Shown here: piece by piece, positions 62,369 through 64,000 of the stretch
Layout: every line of letters begins with the position of its first letter
Numbering within the stretch: position 1 is the first letter of the stretch
DNA from: Lama glama
Lineage: Eukaryota
Direction: 5' to 3'
Length of the DNA: 64,000 bases
Assembly (NCBI GenBank): GCA_028534125.1
Contig: CM052816.1
Coordinates: 80,230,001 to 80,294,000, forward strand
The notes under the pieces: generated by a model
Database searches by the model: none
Seen by the model: only the letters and a program-made list of their open reading frames with translations
What the model was told of the DNA's origin: nothing
Translations under genes and position numbers: made by a program

Positions 62369-64000
62369 TATTTTTATTGAAGTATAGTTGATTTAAATAT
62401 TGTGTTAGTTTCAGGTATACAGCAAAGTGATTTAGTTATATATATATATATGTATGTATATGTGTGTGTGTTTGTATATATACACACACATATATATATT
62501 TGTTTTTCAGATTATTTTCCATTATAGGTTATTATAAGATGTTAAATACAGTTCCGTGTGCTGAACAGTAAGTCCTTGTTGCTTGTTGCTTACCTATTTT
62601 ATGTACAGTAGTTTGCATCTGTAAATCCCACACTCCTAATTTATTCCTACCATCCCCCTTTGGTAACCATAAGTTTGTTTTCTATGTCTGTGAGTTTGTT
62701 TTGTATACAGATTCATTTGTATTATTTTTCAGATTCCACATATAAATGATATCTTATATTTCTCTTTCTCTGACTTACTTAACTAACTATAGCATTCTCT
62801 AGGCCAATCCATGTTGTTGCAAATGCTATTCCATTGTATGTATGTGTGTGTGTGTATACATATATATATATATATACACATACATACATACACACACACA
62901 TATATATGTATATATATACCACATCTCCTTTATTCATCTGTTAATGGACATTTAGGTTGCTTCCATGTCTTGGCTATTGTAAATAGTGCTACTGCGAACA
63001 TTGGGATGCATGTATCTTTTCAAATTAGAGTTTTTATCTTTTTCAGATATATGCCCAGGAGTGGGATTGCTGGATTATATGGTAGCTCTATTTTTCGTTT
63101 TTTAAGGAGCCTCCATACTGTTTTCCATAGGGGCTGCACCAATTTACATTCCCACCAACAGTGCAGGAGGGTTCCATTTTCTCCACACCCTCTTCAGCAG
63201 TTATTATTTGTAGACTTTTTGATAATGGCCATTCTGATTGTTGTGAGGTGATAACTTCACTGTAGGTTTGATTTGCATTTCTCTGGTAGTTAGTGATGTT
63301 GAGCATCTTTTCATGTGCCTATTAGCTATCTGTATGTCTTCTTTGGAGAGAAGTCTATTTAGGTTTTATGACCATTTTTTGATTGGGTTTTTTGTTTTTT
63401 GATATTGAGTTGTATGAGCTGTTTGTATATTTTTATTGTTAACCCCTTGCTGCTTGCATTGTTTGCAAATATTTTCTCCCATTCCATAGCTTGTCTTTTC
63501 ATTTTGTTGATGGTTTCCTTTGCTGCGCAAAAGCTTTAAAATTTGATTAGATCCCATTTGTTTATTTTTGCTTCTATTTCTTTTGCCTTGGGAGACTGAT
63601 CTAAGAAAATATTTCTATGATTTATGTCTGAGAATGTTCTACCTATGTTCTCTTCTAGGAGTTTTATGGTGTCATGCTTATATTTAGGTCTTTAAGCCAT
63701 TTTGAGTTTATTTTTGTATATGGTGTCAGAGAGTGTTCTTAATTTCATTGTTTTGCATGTAGCTGTCCAGCTTTCCCAACACCAGTATTGAAGAGACTGT
63801 CTTTTCTCCATTGTATATTCTTGCCTCCTTTGTTGTAGATTAATTGACGTAAGTGTGTGGATTTATTTCTGGGCTGTCTATTCTGTTCCATTGATCTACA
63901 TGTCTGTTTTTGTGCCTATACCATGCTGTTTTGATTACCATGGCTTTGTGGTATTCCCTGAAGTCTGGAAGGGTTATACCTCCAGCTTTATTCTTTTTCT
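62369..64000 (-). mobile_element. L1 (3'UTR and ORF2 C-terminal region), runs off the window end
   Basis: tattgaagtatagttgattta...cccaggagtgggattgctggat...tttgcatttctctg...gagactgtcttttctccattgtatattcttg; embedded (TA/CA)n tracts. Confidence 0.93.

Noticed and set aside
62811..63557. ORFs of 146, 72 and 63 aa
   Set aside because: Antisense or frameshifted pieces of L1, not host genes.

Overview
Mammalian genomic DNA, probably a camelid, judging from four tRNA-derived SINE copies of camelid type and artiodactyl-type L1 3' ends (recalled, not searched). Two complete protein-coding genes lie in tandem on the + strand. C1QTNF3 (CTRP3/cartducin) has 6 coding exons at 12677-34017; alternative exon-1 donors give 246-aa and 319-aa isoforms. 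AMACR has 5 coding exons at 43408-58923, encodes 380 aa, has a CpG-island promoter and ends in the PTS1-like -ANL. All introns are GT-AG and the phases close. The rest is transposon-rich (L1, L2, MIR, SINE, MaLR/ERV LTRs, hAT/Tigger), with microsatellites and a 100-N gap. I found no convincing new biological system. Best second-look items: a 2-codon deletion in AMACR exon 4, a young 900-bp solo LTR with a perfect 6-bp TSD, a (TTTTC)n-CAG cryptic acceptor beside the C1QTNF3 alternative donors, inverted L1 ends around the in-frame exon 2-3 block, a perfect 17-bp hairpin, and nested insertions. Repeat family names come from recall of consensus sequences and need RepeatMasker/Dfam confirmation.
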